This document shows positions 37,400-45,831 of a DNA stretch of 64,000 nucleotides, one piece after another. The position numbers and the translations under genes are program-made. This DNA is from Verrucomicrobiota bacterium (lineage in GTDB: Bacteria; Verrucomicrobiota; Kiritimatiellia; RFP12; UBA1067), in the NCBI GenBank assembly GCA_050874585.1, contig JBNMKZ010000003.1, positions 12,474 to 76,473 of the forward strand. Direction: 5' to 3'. The stretch's first letter is position 1. Every line of letters starts with the position of its first letter. The notes under the pieces were generated by a model. That model was not told where the DNA came from. It did no database searches and worked only from the letters and a program-made list of their open reading frames with translations.

Positions 37400-37768
37400 A
37401 TGGAGATGGACAGGGAGAAGATTCACGAACTGATGTTCAGGCTCTGGTGGTGGGCGCGTGTGTATGCGATCTACGCCGCGATCCTGTTCGCGATCCTGTG
37501 GGCGGTCGCGAACTGCTGCGCGGGATGCGCGAACGAATCGCCGTCCGCGCCGAAGCGGGAGGCGGCGGCCGCCCCGCCGACGCTCCTTTCCGAGCGTCTC
37601 TCCGGGATGATGGAGGAGATGCGGCGGGCGGGATGCTGGCCGATGGAGTTCTCGGTGTCGTTCTCGCCGCCGACGAACTACTCGGTCTCGGTCACCGGCA
37701 AATACTACGATGCGCTCGACCGCAACCGCACCAACCTCGTCAACCGAAACGAAGGGAAAGGGAACTAA
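37400..37768 (+). CDS. Hypothetical membrane protein
   Basis: One TM segment 'VYAIYAAILFAILWAVANCCAGC'. The track start at 37388 is TTG. Confidence 0.45.
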   Translation: MEMDREKIHELMFRLWWWARVYAIYAAILFAILWAVANCCAGCANESPSAPKREAAAAPPTLLSERLSGMMEEMRRAGCWPMEFSVSFSPPTNYSVSVTGKYYDALDRNRTNLVNRNEGKGN

Positions 37769-37771
37769 AAG

Positions 37772-37924
37772 ATGGACTGTCTCATTGGAAGTGGGCTTTG
37801 CCCCGTGAAGCGCGAGCTTCTTCACTGGAAGCGCACGGCGCACTATTTCGCCGCCCTGGCGATGGTGAACTTCATCGCCGCCTGGGCGATTGCGCTCTAC
37901 AAGGCGACGGGAGGTGTGCATTGA
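37772..37924 (+). CDS. Putative 50-aa membrane micro-protein
   Basis: The ATG comes 4 nt after the upstream stop. Hydrophobic 'FAALAMVNFIAAWAIALY'. Below the ORF-track cutoff. Confidence 0.3.
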   Translation: MDCLIGSGLCPVKRELLHWKRTAHYFAALAMVNFIAAWAIALYKATGGVH

Positions 37925-38199
37925 GGAACTCGAAGCAGAACTGCCGCCACTTCGTTTCGCCTTTCGGGCGTTGGCTCGGCGACACGCGGGTGACGAAGGC
38001 CGCCGTGATGCGCCGTCCGGGAATGCCGCATCCGACGAGGATGCGGTGCGCGGGCGCGTTGTCCTCGTCGAGCGGACGTCCGGGACTGCCGCCGCATTGG
38101 AATCCGAGGATGGATGCCGAGGCGATGGCGCGGATGCGCGAGGAGCTGGCGATGATGGCCGAGCTTGACGCGATGGTCCCGATGTGGAGGTTCGGGTGA
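37921..38199 (+). CDS. Putative 92-aa protein (TTG start)
   Basis: 'gggagg' lies 6 nt upstream of TTG 37921, overlapping the previous stop. This is the C-terminal part of track ORF 37372..38199, whose upstream part is off-frame over other genes. Confidence 0.3.
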   Translation: MRNSKQNCRHFVSPFGRWLGDTRVTKAAVMRRPGMPHPTRMRCAGALSSSSGRPGLPPHWNPRMDAEAMARMREELAMMAELDAMVPMWRFG

Positions 38200-38330
38200 T
38201 GAGATGTTCGCAATGCGACCGTCGCAGGGAATGCGGCGAGTCGGAGAGGCCCTCGTGTCCATACGGCGTTGAGCCGGTCATGAGGGGGAGTGAGGAAACC
38301 GATCACGAAGCAAGGGAGGACAGGCCGTGA
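38199..38330 (+). CDS. Putative 43-aa Cys-rich micro-protein
   Basis: ATGA overlap with the previous stop. 'MRCSQCDRCRECGESERPSCPYG'. Confidence 0.3.
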   Translation: MRCSQCDRRRECGESERPSCPYGVEPVMRGSEETDHEAREDRP

Positions 38331-38449
38331 GCGTCATGTTCGTCCTGTCGCTCTTCGCTATCGCCTACGGGGTCGGAAGCGGCCTCGGCGCGGTCGGCGA
38401 GGGGTTGAAGGAAATAGCGCGGGCTTTGAGCCGCGCGGGAAGGGGCTGA
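38327..38449 (+). CDS. Putative 40-aa membrane micro-protein
   Basis: GTG 38327 overlaps the previous TGA. 'gggagg' lies upstream. 'VMFVLSLFAIAYGVGSGLGAV'. Confidence 0.3.
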   Translation: MSVMFVLSLFAIAYGVGSGLGAVGEGLKEIARALSRAGRG

Positions 38450-38453
38450 TCGT

Positions 38454-40679
38454 ATGTCTAAAGTGCCGATTGAACTCGCAGAGAGCTACCGCAAGGCAGG
38501 CCTTGCCGCGCTCCCGGCCGCTAAAGCGAAGAAGCGGCCTTCCATCGGCGGCTGGAAGACATGGTCGAAGCGCCTGCCCACCGAGATGGAGATCGCCGCA
38601 TGGTTCGCCAACAACCAGGACGGGATCTGCATCGTGGCGGGTGCCGTGTCGGGGAACCTCGAGTGCATCGACTTCGACGCACACGGCGAGCTGTACCCGG
38701 CGTGGAAGGAAAAGGTCGCCCCGGAGGTGTTCGCCCGGCTCGTGGTCGAGCGGACGCCTTCGGGCGGCCTTCATGTCCTCTACCGCTGCGAAGAGCCGGT
38801 CGAGGGGAACAGGAAGCTCGCGCAGGGAATGCGCGAAGGGAAGAAGACGACGCTCGTCGAGACGCGCGGGGAGGGAGGTCTCTTCCTGTGTGCGCCTACC
38901 GAGGGGTACGTGCTCCTTCAGGGCGACTACGCCTCGCTGCCCGTCCTTTCGGGAGAGGCGCGAGAAGCCCTCCTGTCGGCGGCGGTGGCGATGAACGAGT
39001 GCGTGGACGAGTTGAGGCCCACGGAGGGCACACAGGCGCAGGATTCGGCCTTTCTGGTGAAACCGGGGGACGATTGGTGCGCACGGGGCGACATCCGCCC
39101 CGTCCTGATGGCCCACGGGTGGAAGTATCTCGGCGTGAAGCCGGACGGGAACGAGCTGTGGCAGCGCCCTGGGAAGTCCGGGGACGGCAACTCGGCGACC
39201 TTCAACGGGCAGATCCTCTGCGTCTTCTCGACGAACGCCGCGCCGTTCGAGGCGAAGGGCTACAACAAGTTCCAGGTCTATGCGCTCCTTGAACACGGGG
39301 GCGACTTCACGGCGGCGGCGAAGGCGCTGCTCGACAAGGGGTTCGGAAGGTCGGAGGACTACACGTCAGACGTCGACCTTTCGGGCGTACTGAAGCAGGG
39401 TGTGAAGGGTGCGCCGCCGGAGGACGATGACGAGAAGCACACATCGGTCGCAGACCCGGGCGTGATCCCGGAGGAGCTGCTGTCGGTTCCGGGGTTCATC
39501 AACGACCTCATGAACTACACGCTGCGGACGGCCTACTACCCGAACAAGGCGCTCGCGTTCGCCGGTGCGCTGGCGATGCTTGCACACCTCACCGGGCGGC
39601 GGTTCAAGGACCAGAGGGGCAGCCGCTTCAACATCTACCTTCTCGCCCTCGCGAAGTCCGGCGTGGGCAAGGAGCATCCGCGCGGGACGAACATCGACCT
39701 CGCGACGCAGATGGCGTTCATATCGGAACTCGGAGACACCTTCGCATCGGGCGAGGGTCTCGAGGACTCGATGTGCCAGTCGCCATCCATGCTCTACCAG
39801 GTGGACGAGATCGACTACCTCTTCAACACGGTGAAGCTGAAGGACTCGCGGGCGGAGCAGATCAACTCGATGCTGCTGAAGCTCTACTCCGAGTCGAAGA
39901 CTACGCACATCATGAGAAAGAAGGCGATTCAGCGCGGTGCGCCCCCGGTCGGGACGGCAATCGTGCAGCCGCACCTCACGATGTTCGGAACCGCGACGCC
40001 GAAGTTCTTCTACCAGTCGCTCACCGAGCGGACGATGGAGAACGGGCTTCTTGCGCGTTGCATCGTCCTCGAGGCTGGGGAGCGCGGCACGGCTGGCGAA
40101 CCGCACGAGGAGGACTTCCCGGAATCGGTGATCGACACCGTCCGCAACCTGATCCGCCTCGGACACGAGAACAACCTCACGGGGGAGTTCCCCCGTCCGC
40201 TCGTCCTGCAGGAGAACCCGGACGCGACGAACCGCATCCGCGAGATCCTCGGCTATGCGGACGAGGAATACCGCAAGGCGTCCGAGCGAGGCGACGATTC
40301 GGCGAACGCGCTCTGGGCCCGTGCGGGGGAGAAGGTGCTGAAGCTCGCCGCCATCTACGCGATCAGCGAGAACGCGGTCGAGCCGGTGATCACCATCGAC
40401 GGCGTGAACTGGGCGTGGCGGTTCATCGAACACATGACGCGGCGGATGCTGTTCATGGCCTCGATGTTCGTGGCGGACACGGACTTTGACGCGCAGGCGA
40501 TGAAGGTAATCCGGCTCGTCCGGCAGAAGCGCGGCCGCATCTCGCACGGGAAGCTTCTGCGCAACTCGCATCTCGACAAGGATGCGTTCAAGCGCGTGGT
40601 CGAGACGCTCATCGAAAGCGGAACTCTCCGCAAGGAGTTCGGCGACAGAGGCGGAGTGTTCTATGTGTTGACGGAATGA
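38454..40679 (+). CDS. Bifunctional primase-polymerase (Prim-Pol) fused to a DUF3987-type helicase/ATPase domain
   Basis: N-terminus 'YRKAGLAALPA...KRPSIGGWKTW...ICIVAGAVSGNLECIDFD...TPSGGLHVLY' (Prim-Pol). The C-terminal half is DUF3987-like ('YLLALAKSGVGKE'). Confidence 0.75.
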   Translation: MSKVPIELAESYRKAGLAALPAAKAKKRPSIGGWKTWSKRLPTEMEIAAWFANNQDGICIVAGAVSGNLECIDFDAHGELYPAWKEKVAPEVFARLVVERTPSGGLHVLYRCEEPVEGNRKLAQGMREGKKTTLVETRGEGGLFLCAPTEGYVLLQGDYASLPVLSGEAREALLSAAVAMNECVDELRPTEGTQAQDSAFLVKPGDDWCARGDIRPVLMAHGWKYLGVKPDGNELWQRPGKSGDGNSATFNGQILCVFSTNAAPFEAKGYNKFQVYALLEHGGDFTAAAKALLDKGFGRSEDYTSDVDLSGVLKQGVKGAPPEDDDEKHTSVADPGVIPEELLSVPGFINDLMNYTLRTAYYPNKALAFAGALAMLAHLTGRRFKDQRGSRFNIYLLALAKSGVGKEHPRGTNIDLATQMAFISELGDTFASGEGLEDSMCQSPSMLYQVDEIDYLFNTVKLKDSRAEQINSMLLKLYSESKTTHIMRKKAIQRGAPPVGTAIVQPHLTMFGTATPKFFYQSLTERTMENGLLARCIVLEAGERGTAGEPHEEDFPESVIDTVRNLIRLGHENNLTGEFPRPLVLQENPDATNRIREILGYADEEYRKASERGDDSANALWARAGEKVLKLAAIYAISENAVEPVITIDGVNWAWRFIEHMTRRMLFMASMFVADTDFDAQAMKVIRLVRQKRGRISHGKLLRNSHLDKDAFKRVVETLIESGTLRKEFGDRGGVFYVLTE

Positions 40680-40688
40680 AAACGAGAT

Positions 40689-40724
40689 GGGAGTCTTGCC
40701 TGATGGCAGGGCTCCCTTTCTGTT
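40689..40724. terminator. Bidirectional terminator between convergent operons
   Basis: 12-bp stem gggagtcttgcc / ggcagggctccc (two G-U pairs) with loop tgat, then 'tttctgtt'. Confidence 0.6.
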
Positions 40725-40963
40725 AATGATAATAGCTATCACACCTTGAATTCACCAGGCTCATCTACAGTAAGTCGGAAGTTGTCGAATTCGTGTTGCT
40801 CATTTTCGTCAACTGCGGGTTGCTGAATTCGTTTTGTTGCAATTCGAGACCATTTAATGTCTCCGAGTATTTCAAAGTTCGGCATCCTTCGGGGATAGCG
40901 CAAGCGTGATGAATGCCTCTTCGCGCTCTTCGGGCGAGAGTTCGGGCATCGTCCTGTCCTCAT

Positions 40964-41458
40964 TCAGCATTGATGCACCTCGTACTTCAGCGACGTCCCG
41001 TCGTCCGGGCCGTCCTTCTCCGATTCAAACTCCTTCATCGTGCGGCAGACGGCGGCGCGGAAGTCCTTCGGGTTGTCATCCGTCGAGAAGGTCTCGATGA
41101 ACTGCCGCTCCTCGACCGTGTGCGTCATCCGCTTGTAGCACATGACCATGTCGTTCGCCATCTGCTTGGCGTTCTCCAGAGCCCGCGCCGCATCGTCGCC
41201 CGTTCCCCAGATGACCGCGACTTTCGCCCGCGCGGACTTCACGAGGTTGGCGCAGGCGATGGGCTTGCCGGTCTGCTTGAAGAGCCATGCCTTGAAGTAG
41301 GAGCGGGCGACCGCCCAAAAGTACATCAGCTCCTGGCCCGTCTTGACCGCGCCCTCGATGTCGTTCGAGAACTCGCGGTGAAACCAGTTCGAGCGGGCGG
41401 TGAAGTCGCCGTTCTTGAGGTCTTCGATGTTGCCGTTCAGCTGGGGTGCGTCGGACAT
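40964..41458 (-). CDS. Hypothetical protein
   Basis: 164-aa ORF directly following the upstream minus-strand gene (stop and start adjacent). No recognised domain. Confidence 0.5.
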   Translation of the reverse strand: MSDAPQLNGNIEDLKNGDFTARSNWFHREFSNDIEGAVKTGQELMYFWAVARSYFKAWLFKQTGKPIACANLVKSARAKVAVIWGTGDDAARALENAKQMANDMVMCYKRMTHTVEERQFIETFSTDDNPKDFRAAVCRTMKEFESEKDGPDDGTSLKYEVHQC

Positions 41459-41842
41459 TTAATTCCTCTCGGCGAGATTGCGGAGATATGTGGCCGAGCG
41501 TTCGACCGCACTCCATATGCCCAGCATGGCGAAAAGCAATAGGCCGCTTGTGATGGCGGCAATGCCTGCGTCGAACTGGAGGAGCAGGCACAGAAGTATC
41601 CCGCCGATTACGCCGATGTAGGCAAACACATTCAAGACCTTGAAACTCAGAGGCATATCGACAACAATCGGTGTGCCCTTGGCTTTCTGCTGCGAATGCT
41701 GCCGAATCCCTCCTGTCGCGCTGTTCAGCGGCTTGCCGCACGACCAGCACAACGGTCTGTCCCGGTCGTTGTTAGTCCCGCAGTAGGGACACTTGACCTC
41801 GCGCCCGAAAACCTCGCCATTTGCTTCCGTCGAATATCCCAT
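41459..41842 (-). CDS. Zinc-ribbon membrane protein
   Basis: 'CPYCGTNN...CWSCG' followed by two TM segments. Confidence 0.5.
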   Translation of the reverse strand: MGYSTEANGEVFGREVKCPYCGTNNDRDRPLCWSCGKPLNSATGGIRQHSQQKAKGTPIVVDMPLSFKVLNVFAYIGVIGGILLCLLLQFDAGIAAITSGLLLFAMLGIWSAVERSATYLRNLAERN

Positions 41843-41877
41843 TGAATGCCTCCTTCACTTCTTGTTGTTGTGTTTCG

Positions 41878-42024
41878 CTACAACCTTTCCGCAAGGCCGC
41901 GCAGCTTCGCTCTCAATCGCTCCGCCTCCGCATCCTCCCCGTGCTGCACGGCGTATTCGAGAAGGGCGTCCGTCCTCTTCAGCTCCTCGATGAGCTTGTC
42001 CCGCTGTGTCCCTGTCTCGGTCAT
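41878..42024 (-). CDS. Putative 48-aa coiled-coil micro-protein
   Basis: ATG 42024 lies 3 nt after the upstream stop. 'MTETGTQRDKLIEELKRTDALLEYAVQHGEDAEAERLRAKLRGLAERL'. Confidence 0.35.
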   Translation of the reverse strand: MTETGTQRDKLIEELKRTDALLEYAVQHGEDAEAERLRAKLRGLAERL

Positions 42025-42027
42025 GGC

Positions 42028-42378
42028 TTACTCATCGTCCATTTCGTAAATCTCCCGAATTCCCGCCTCGTCAACGTAGTCCTCGAGGCAGAAGTCGGGG
42101 TCGAGCTTGACCTTCGCCTCGGCGAGTGTAAGGAGCGTTGTGTCGCGCAACTGCGGCACGAGAAGGTTTGCGACTTCGGGGGCCGCCGTCAACTCGTCCA
42201 TCGTGTGCGCCTTGAGGCAATTGGCGCAGACTCCGGCCGAGATCGCAGACATCCTCTCGCCGTTGATGACTCGGTCACCGTCCGGATCGGGTGTGCATCG
42301 TGCGCAAAGAAGTGCGCTCCCGGCCGGGTGGCTCTCGGTCGATCCGCAACATAGGCAGAGGAATGATCTTCTTTGCAT
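42028..42378 (-). CDS. Cys-rich hypothetical protein, first gene of the leftward operon
   Basis: ATG 42378 lies 7 nt downstream of a minus-strand TGgTATAAT. It has several CxxC pairs. The longer track ORF would start upstream of that promoter. Confidence 0.45.
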   Translation of the reverse strand: MQRRSFLCLCCGSTESHPAGSALLCARCTPDPDGDRVINGERMSAISAGVCANCLKAHTMDELTAAPEVANLLVPQLRDTTLLTLAEAKVKLDPDFCLEDYVDEAGIREIYEMDDE

Positions 42379-42384
42379 ACTGCG

Positions 42385-42451
42385 TATTATACCAAAATCA
42401 ACATGAGCGGCGGCGTTTGGTGGGGTTTCGGGGCTGTTGATTTGGTATAAT
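42385..42451. promoter_or_regulatory. Divergent extended -10 promoters embedded in a 17-19-bp inverted repeat (candidate phage switch region)
   Basis: 'tattataccaaaatcaaca' (42385-42403) versus 'tgttgatttggtataat' (42435-42451). Each arm carries TGGTATAAT facing outward. Confidence 0.5.
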
Positions 42452-42463
42452 GTCCGCAAACCT

Positions 42464-43297
42464 ATGAATGGCAAATCAATGATCCCTCCTTCAATGCTTG
42501 CCGGATACGAGGACGCGAAACGCCGTCTGTCGGAGATCGCGGTCACGGGCGGGCCGCGCTATCACGCATTGCGGGCCATCCGCTTCGCCACCGAGGCGGC
42601 TCTCGACATCGAGGCCAACCGCCGCTTCTACGTGCCGGGGGCGATCACGGCGATCATCGAGAAGAGGAAGTACACGAGCTGGGTGAAATACCCCCTGCGC
42701 GATCACAGGAAGTTCTCCGAGTGGATCGACCCGGTTGGCGACGGCCCGTCGTTCGTCCGCGAGGTGTTTGATCTTGCGGGCGACCTTGCCGACCGGCAGG
42801 CCGTGCTCGACATCTGCCCGCAGGACGTCAGGAACGTGCGCGATTACGTCAGGATCGCCGTCAAGGTCATCCGCAAGCACATACCCGTCGCCGACCTCAT
42901 TTTTCTGAACCATCACCTCGCGTCCGTGTGCGACTATTGCGAGAGCATGGCTTCTCCCGTCTTCGCGCTTTCCGCCCCAACGCAGATGCTCAACGATAGG
43001 GTGCAGTACGCCAACGAGTTCAAGCGCATCCTATCGACGGGCGCGGATTTGATCGAGGACGGGCTTATGAGGATCGCAAGGCGGCAGAAGAACGCGAAGA
43101 GGTCCGGGACGCTTGCTCGGGAATCGGATGCCGACAAGGACGATCAATGGCAGATGTTCCTCGGTCTTGAGAAGGAATATCCGTCTGTCTCGATGCGCGA
43201 ACGGATCGTGCTGAAGAGAACCGCCGGGCTGAAATGCGGATACAAGCTCGGCGGTTTGCGCCGCAGATGGTCCAGGTGGACGAATGCGGGACATTGA
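42464..43297 (+). CDS. Hypothetical protein, first gene of the rightward unit
   Basis: ATG 42464 lies 12 nt after the -10. No SD. No recognised domain. The track start 42437 lies inside the promoter. Confidence 0.45.
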   Translation: MNGKSMIPPSMLAGYEDAKRRLSEIAVTGGPRYHALRAIRFATEAALDIEANRRFYVPGAITAIIEKRKYTSWVKYPLRDHRKFSEWIDPVGDGPSFVREVFDLAGDLADRQAVLDICPQDVRNVRDYVRIAVKVIRKHIPVADLIFLNHHLASVCDYCESMASPVFALSAPTQMLNDRVQYANEFKRILSTGADLIEDGLMRIARRQKNAKRSGTLARESDADKDDQWQMFLGLEKEYPSVSMRERIVLKRTAGLKCGYKLGGLRRRWSRWTNAGH

Positions 43298-43463
43298 GGG
43301 GCATTCTGTCCTCTGTCCCAACTTTGATGATCGTTTTAGCCCCGTCGGATTGTGCGGGGGCGGCTCTTCGGAAGATTCACCTCCGCATTCTGTCCCAACC
43401 GCCTATAATCTCCATCGTATTCGCGGCATGGTGTCGTGAAGTTAAAGCGAAGGAGAACAGATC

Positions 43464-43553
43464 ATGATCATGCATAAAGGTCCGGGCGGCTGGCCGTCCA
43501 TGACGGGAAATCCCTCTGGAGGTGGAAGGGACAACAACCCTCCCCATCGGTAA
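43464..43553 (+). CDS. Putative 29-aa Gly/Pro-rich peptide
   Basis: 'aaggag' lies 8 nt upstream of ATG 43464. 'MIMHKGPGGWPSMTGNPSGGGRDNNPPHR'. A terminator follows. This could equally be a small RNA. Confidence 0.25.
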   Translation: MIMHKGPGGWPSMTGNPSGGGRDNNPPHR

Positions 43554-43580
43554 TAGGGAAGAGATCAAGATGCGCTACCG

Positions 43581-43609
43581 GCCCCCTGCTTGTGCAGGGG
43601 GCTTTTCTT
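43581..43609 (+). terminator. Rho-independent terminator
   Basis: Stem gccccctgc / gcagggggc with loop ttgt, then 'ttttctt'. Confidence 0.7.
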
Positions 43610-43628
43610 AAGCCGAAACGCTCCGCAA

Positions 43629-43869
43629 CGTTCGCGTCGAGCGTTCGCATTACGTTCGCAAGCGTTCGCAGATTCGCAGATTTCTGGGCTTCGGAAGGGG
43701 GAAAACGACCTTCGAGCCGCCCTTACGTTCGCAGTTCGCAAGTCGGTTGCGAACGTAATGCGAACGTAAGGAATGCCGGGAAGAGGGAGAAAAGATACAC
43801 AATAACACATAATATATATTTTTTCTTTTATATATATTTTCCCTTTTCTCTTGCGTTCGCAAATTCGCA
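43629..43869. repeat. Iteron cluster plus AT-rich tract: candidate phage replication origin
   Basis: CGTTCGCA or its close variant CGTTCGCG at 43629, 43642, 43653, 43663, 43726 and 43854. GTTCGCA/ATTCGCA at 43672, 43734 and 43863. Inverted TGCGAACG at 43748 and 43759. A 13-nt palindromic pair ccttacgttcgca/tgcgaacgtaagg. An almost pure A/T tract at ~43801-43845. Confidence 0.55.
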
Positions 43870-44072
43870 CGATTGCCTCGCGGCGCAAATGTTGTGCGCC
43901 TCGCGCGCGGGCGCGTGTGCTCGTGTGCGCGAGAGAAGCCGGACGCCCCAAGCGAAAGAGGGGAACGATGCCCTCGTGTCAACGGAGCGTCCGACCGCCG
44001 ACCATTCTACCACCCGTCTTGCGGACGAGTCAACGGCCCCGCGCCGCCTTTTCCAACTTTTTTCAGAAACTT

Positions 44073-44106
44073 CGGGACTGAACCCCCTCGGGCCTCGAAA
44101 AACGTG
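44073..44106 (+). promoter_or_regulatory. Copy 3 of the bipartite motif, ~280 nt upstream of the ParB-methylase gene
   Basis: 'cgggact-gaaccccctcggg-cctcgaaaaacgtg'. Confidence 0.55.
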
Positions 44107-44383
44107 GGCGAGGCGAGGGCTGCACCCAAGCGGCGGGCTGCGCTTCGCAGGGAATCGCACGTGTTGCGCCCACGTTGCCCCACGTTCGCGAGGAGGGCCT
44201 GGGGCGCACCCGTTGCCCGCCCCCGCGAGGTCGCGCCCTGAAGCCGCCCTGGGGGCTGCCCGCGAATTCCTACGGTTCCTCCCCGGGGCCTATCAAAGCC
44301 TTGGGCGCGGGAAGGAGTCGGGCTACTAAGGAGAGTTTATTTGCAGTGAGAAACTTTTTAACGGCAGGTTTGAAGGAGAAATC

Positions 44384-45625
44384 ATGAATATTGTGAACGT
44401 TAGAATCGAGGAGATCACGCCCTACGCGAACAACCCCCGCAACAATGACGGTGCGGTTGAAAGCGTGGCGAAGTCGATTGAGAAGTTCGGCTTCATCGGC
44501 GCGATCATCCTGAACAAGGACAAGGTCATCATCAACGGCCACACCCGGGTGAAGGCCTGCAAGAAGCTGGGAATGGAGACCGTCCCGGCGATCATCGTCG
44601 ACCACCTCACCAAGGAGCAGGAGGACGCGCTCCGCATCGCCGATAACAAGACGGGCGAAATCGCGGAGTGGAACGAGGATCTGCTCCGCGCCGAGCTGAA
44701 GGCCCTCGAAGAGGCCGGGTTCGGCATCGAGGATCTCGGCTTCGACAATTCCGAGCTGGAGGCTCTGCTCGAAGGCGACGTTTCCGTCTCGGTCGGCGAG
44801 ACCGATCCGAACGCCGCCCCGGAAGTGCCGGAGGTCGCGGTGTCCCGTCCGGGCGAGGTGTATGTCCTTGGGGACCACCGGCTCGTCTGCGGCGATTCGA
44901 CCAAGGCAGAGGACGTCGGCAGGGTTTGCAAGGAGGGCGAGGCCGACATGTGGCTCACCGATCCGCCCTACAACGTCGCCTACGAGGGGTCGAACGGGCT
45001 CACGATACAGAACGACTCGATGGAGGACGTGAAGTTCCGCGAGTTTCTGCGCACGGCGTTCGGTCATGCCGAGAAGACCTTGAAGCCGGGTGCGCCGTTC
45101 TACATCTTCCACGCGGACTCGGAGGGCTACAACTTCCGGGGCGCATGCCACGACATCGGACTCCGCGTCCGCCAGTGTCTTGTGTGGAAGAAGAACGCCC
45201 TCGTCCTCGGGCGGCAGGACTACCAGTGGATTCACGAGCCGTGCCTGTACGGCTGGAAGGAGGGCGGGCCCCATCCCTGGTACGCCGACCGCTCCCAGAC
45301 CACGGTCATGGAGTTCAACAAGCCGAAGAAGAACGACGTCCATCCGACGATGAAGCCGGTGGAGATGCTCGTCTACCTCCTGCAGAACTCCTCGAAGCGC
45401 GGTGACGTCGTACTCGACACCTTCGGCGGCAGCGGCTCGACGCTGATCGCATGCGAACAGACCGGGCGCGTCTGCAAGACCGTCGAACTCGATCCGCGCT
45501 ACTGCGACGCGATCCGCCGCCGGTGGGCCGAGTTCAAGCACGGCGAGGGCTGCGACTGGGCGAAGCTCACCCCGGTCGAGGGAAGCGCGGAAGCGGCGGG
45601 GGAGGAAGCCCCGGCCGAGACGTGA
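44384..45625 (+). CDS. ParB-like nuclease domain fused to an N6/N4 DNA methyltransferase
   Basis: ParB-N 'ITPYANNPRNNDGAVESVAKSIEKFGFIGAIILNKDKVIINGHTR'. Methylase 'LTDPPYN', 'HPTMKPVEM', 'VLDTFGGSGST'. Confidence 0.85.
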   Translation: MNIVNVRIEEITPYANNPRNNDGAVESVAKSIEKFGFIGAIILNKDKVIINGHTRVKACKKLGMETVPAIIVDHLTKEQEDALRIADNKTGEIAEWNEDLLRAELKALEEAGFGIEDLGFDNSELEALLEGDVSVSVGETDPNAAPEVPEVAVSRPGEVYVLGDHRLVCGDSTKAEDVGRVCKEGEADMWLTDPPYNVAYEGSNGLTIQNDSMEDVKFREFLRTAFGHAEKTLKPGAPFYIFHADSEGYNFRGACHDIGLRVRQCLVWKKNALVLGRQDYQWIHEPCLYGWKEGGPHPWYADRSQTTVMEFNKPKKNDVHPTMKPVEMLVYLLQNSSKRGDVVLDTFGGSGSTLIACEQTGRVCKTVELDPRYCDAIRRRWAEFKHGEGCDWAKLTPVEGSAEAAGEEAPAET

Positions 45626-45831
45626 GGTATTACGCCCGACAGTATCGTGTACAGGATCCACAGGGACGTCACAATGCCCACGGAAGCACACGGGAACACG
45701 GGCGTTAGCTGCCGTTAAGCGGGCTTCAACCCCCGTTTAGCGGCACAATCGGGGTCACGACCCAGGGAAGATAGAGAGTCTACACTGCCGAGACACTATC
45801 GCGGCAGAAGCACACGAAAGGCGAACAGGAT

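Noticed and set aside
40739-40963. 74-aa minus-strand ORF, and two nested micro-ORFs (32 and 48 codons, overlapping starts and stops), at the end of the leftward operon, considered as a possible toxin-antitoxin pair.
   Set aside because: The start context is poor (the SD abuts the ATG), there is no recognisable fold and the ORFs are very short. The evidence is insufficient to call them features.
45626-45831. A possible SAM riboswitch in the ~205-nt leader of the metK-like gene.
   Set aside because: I see only short local stems (e.g. ctgccg...cggcag). I see nothing matching the SAM-I, SAM-II or SAM-V consensus cores as I remember them, and no terminator or anti-terminator pair. An Rfam scan is needed before any claim.
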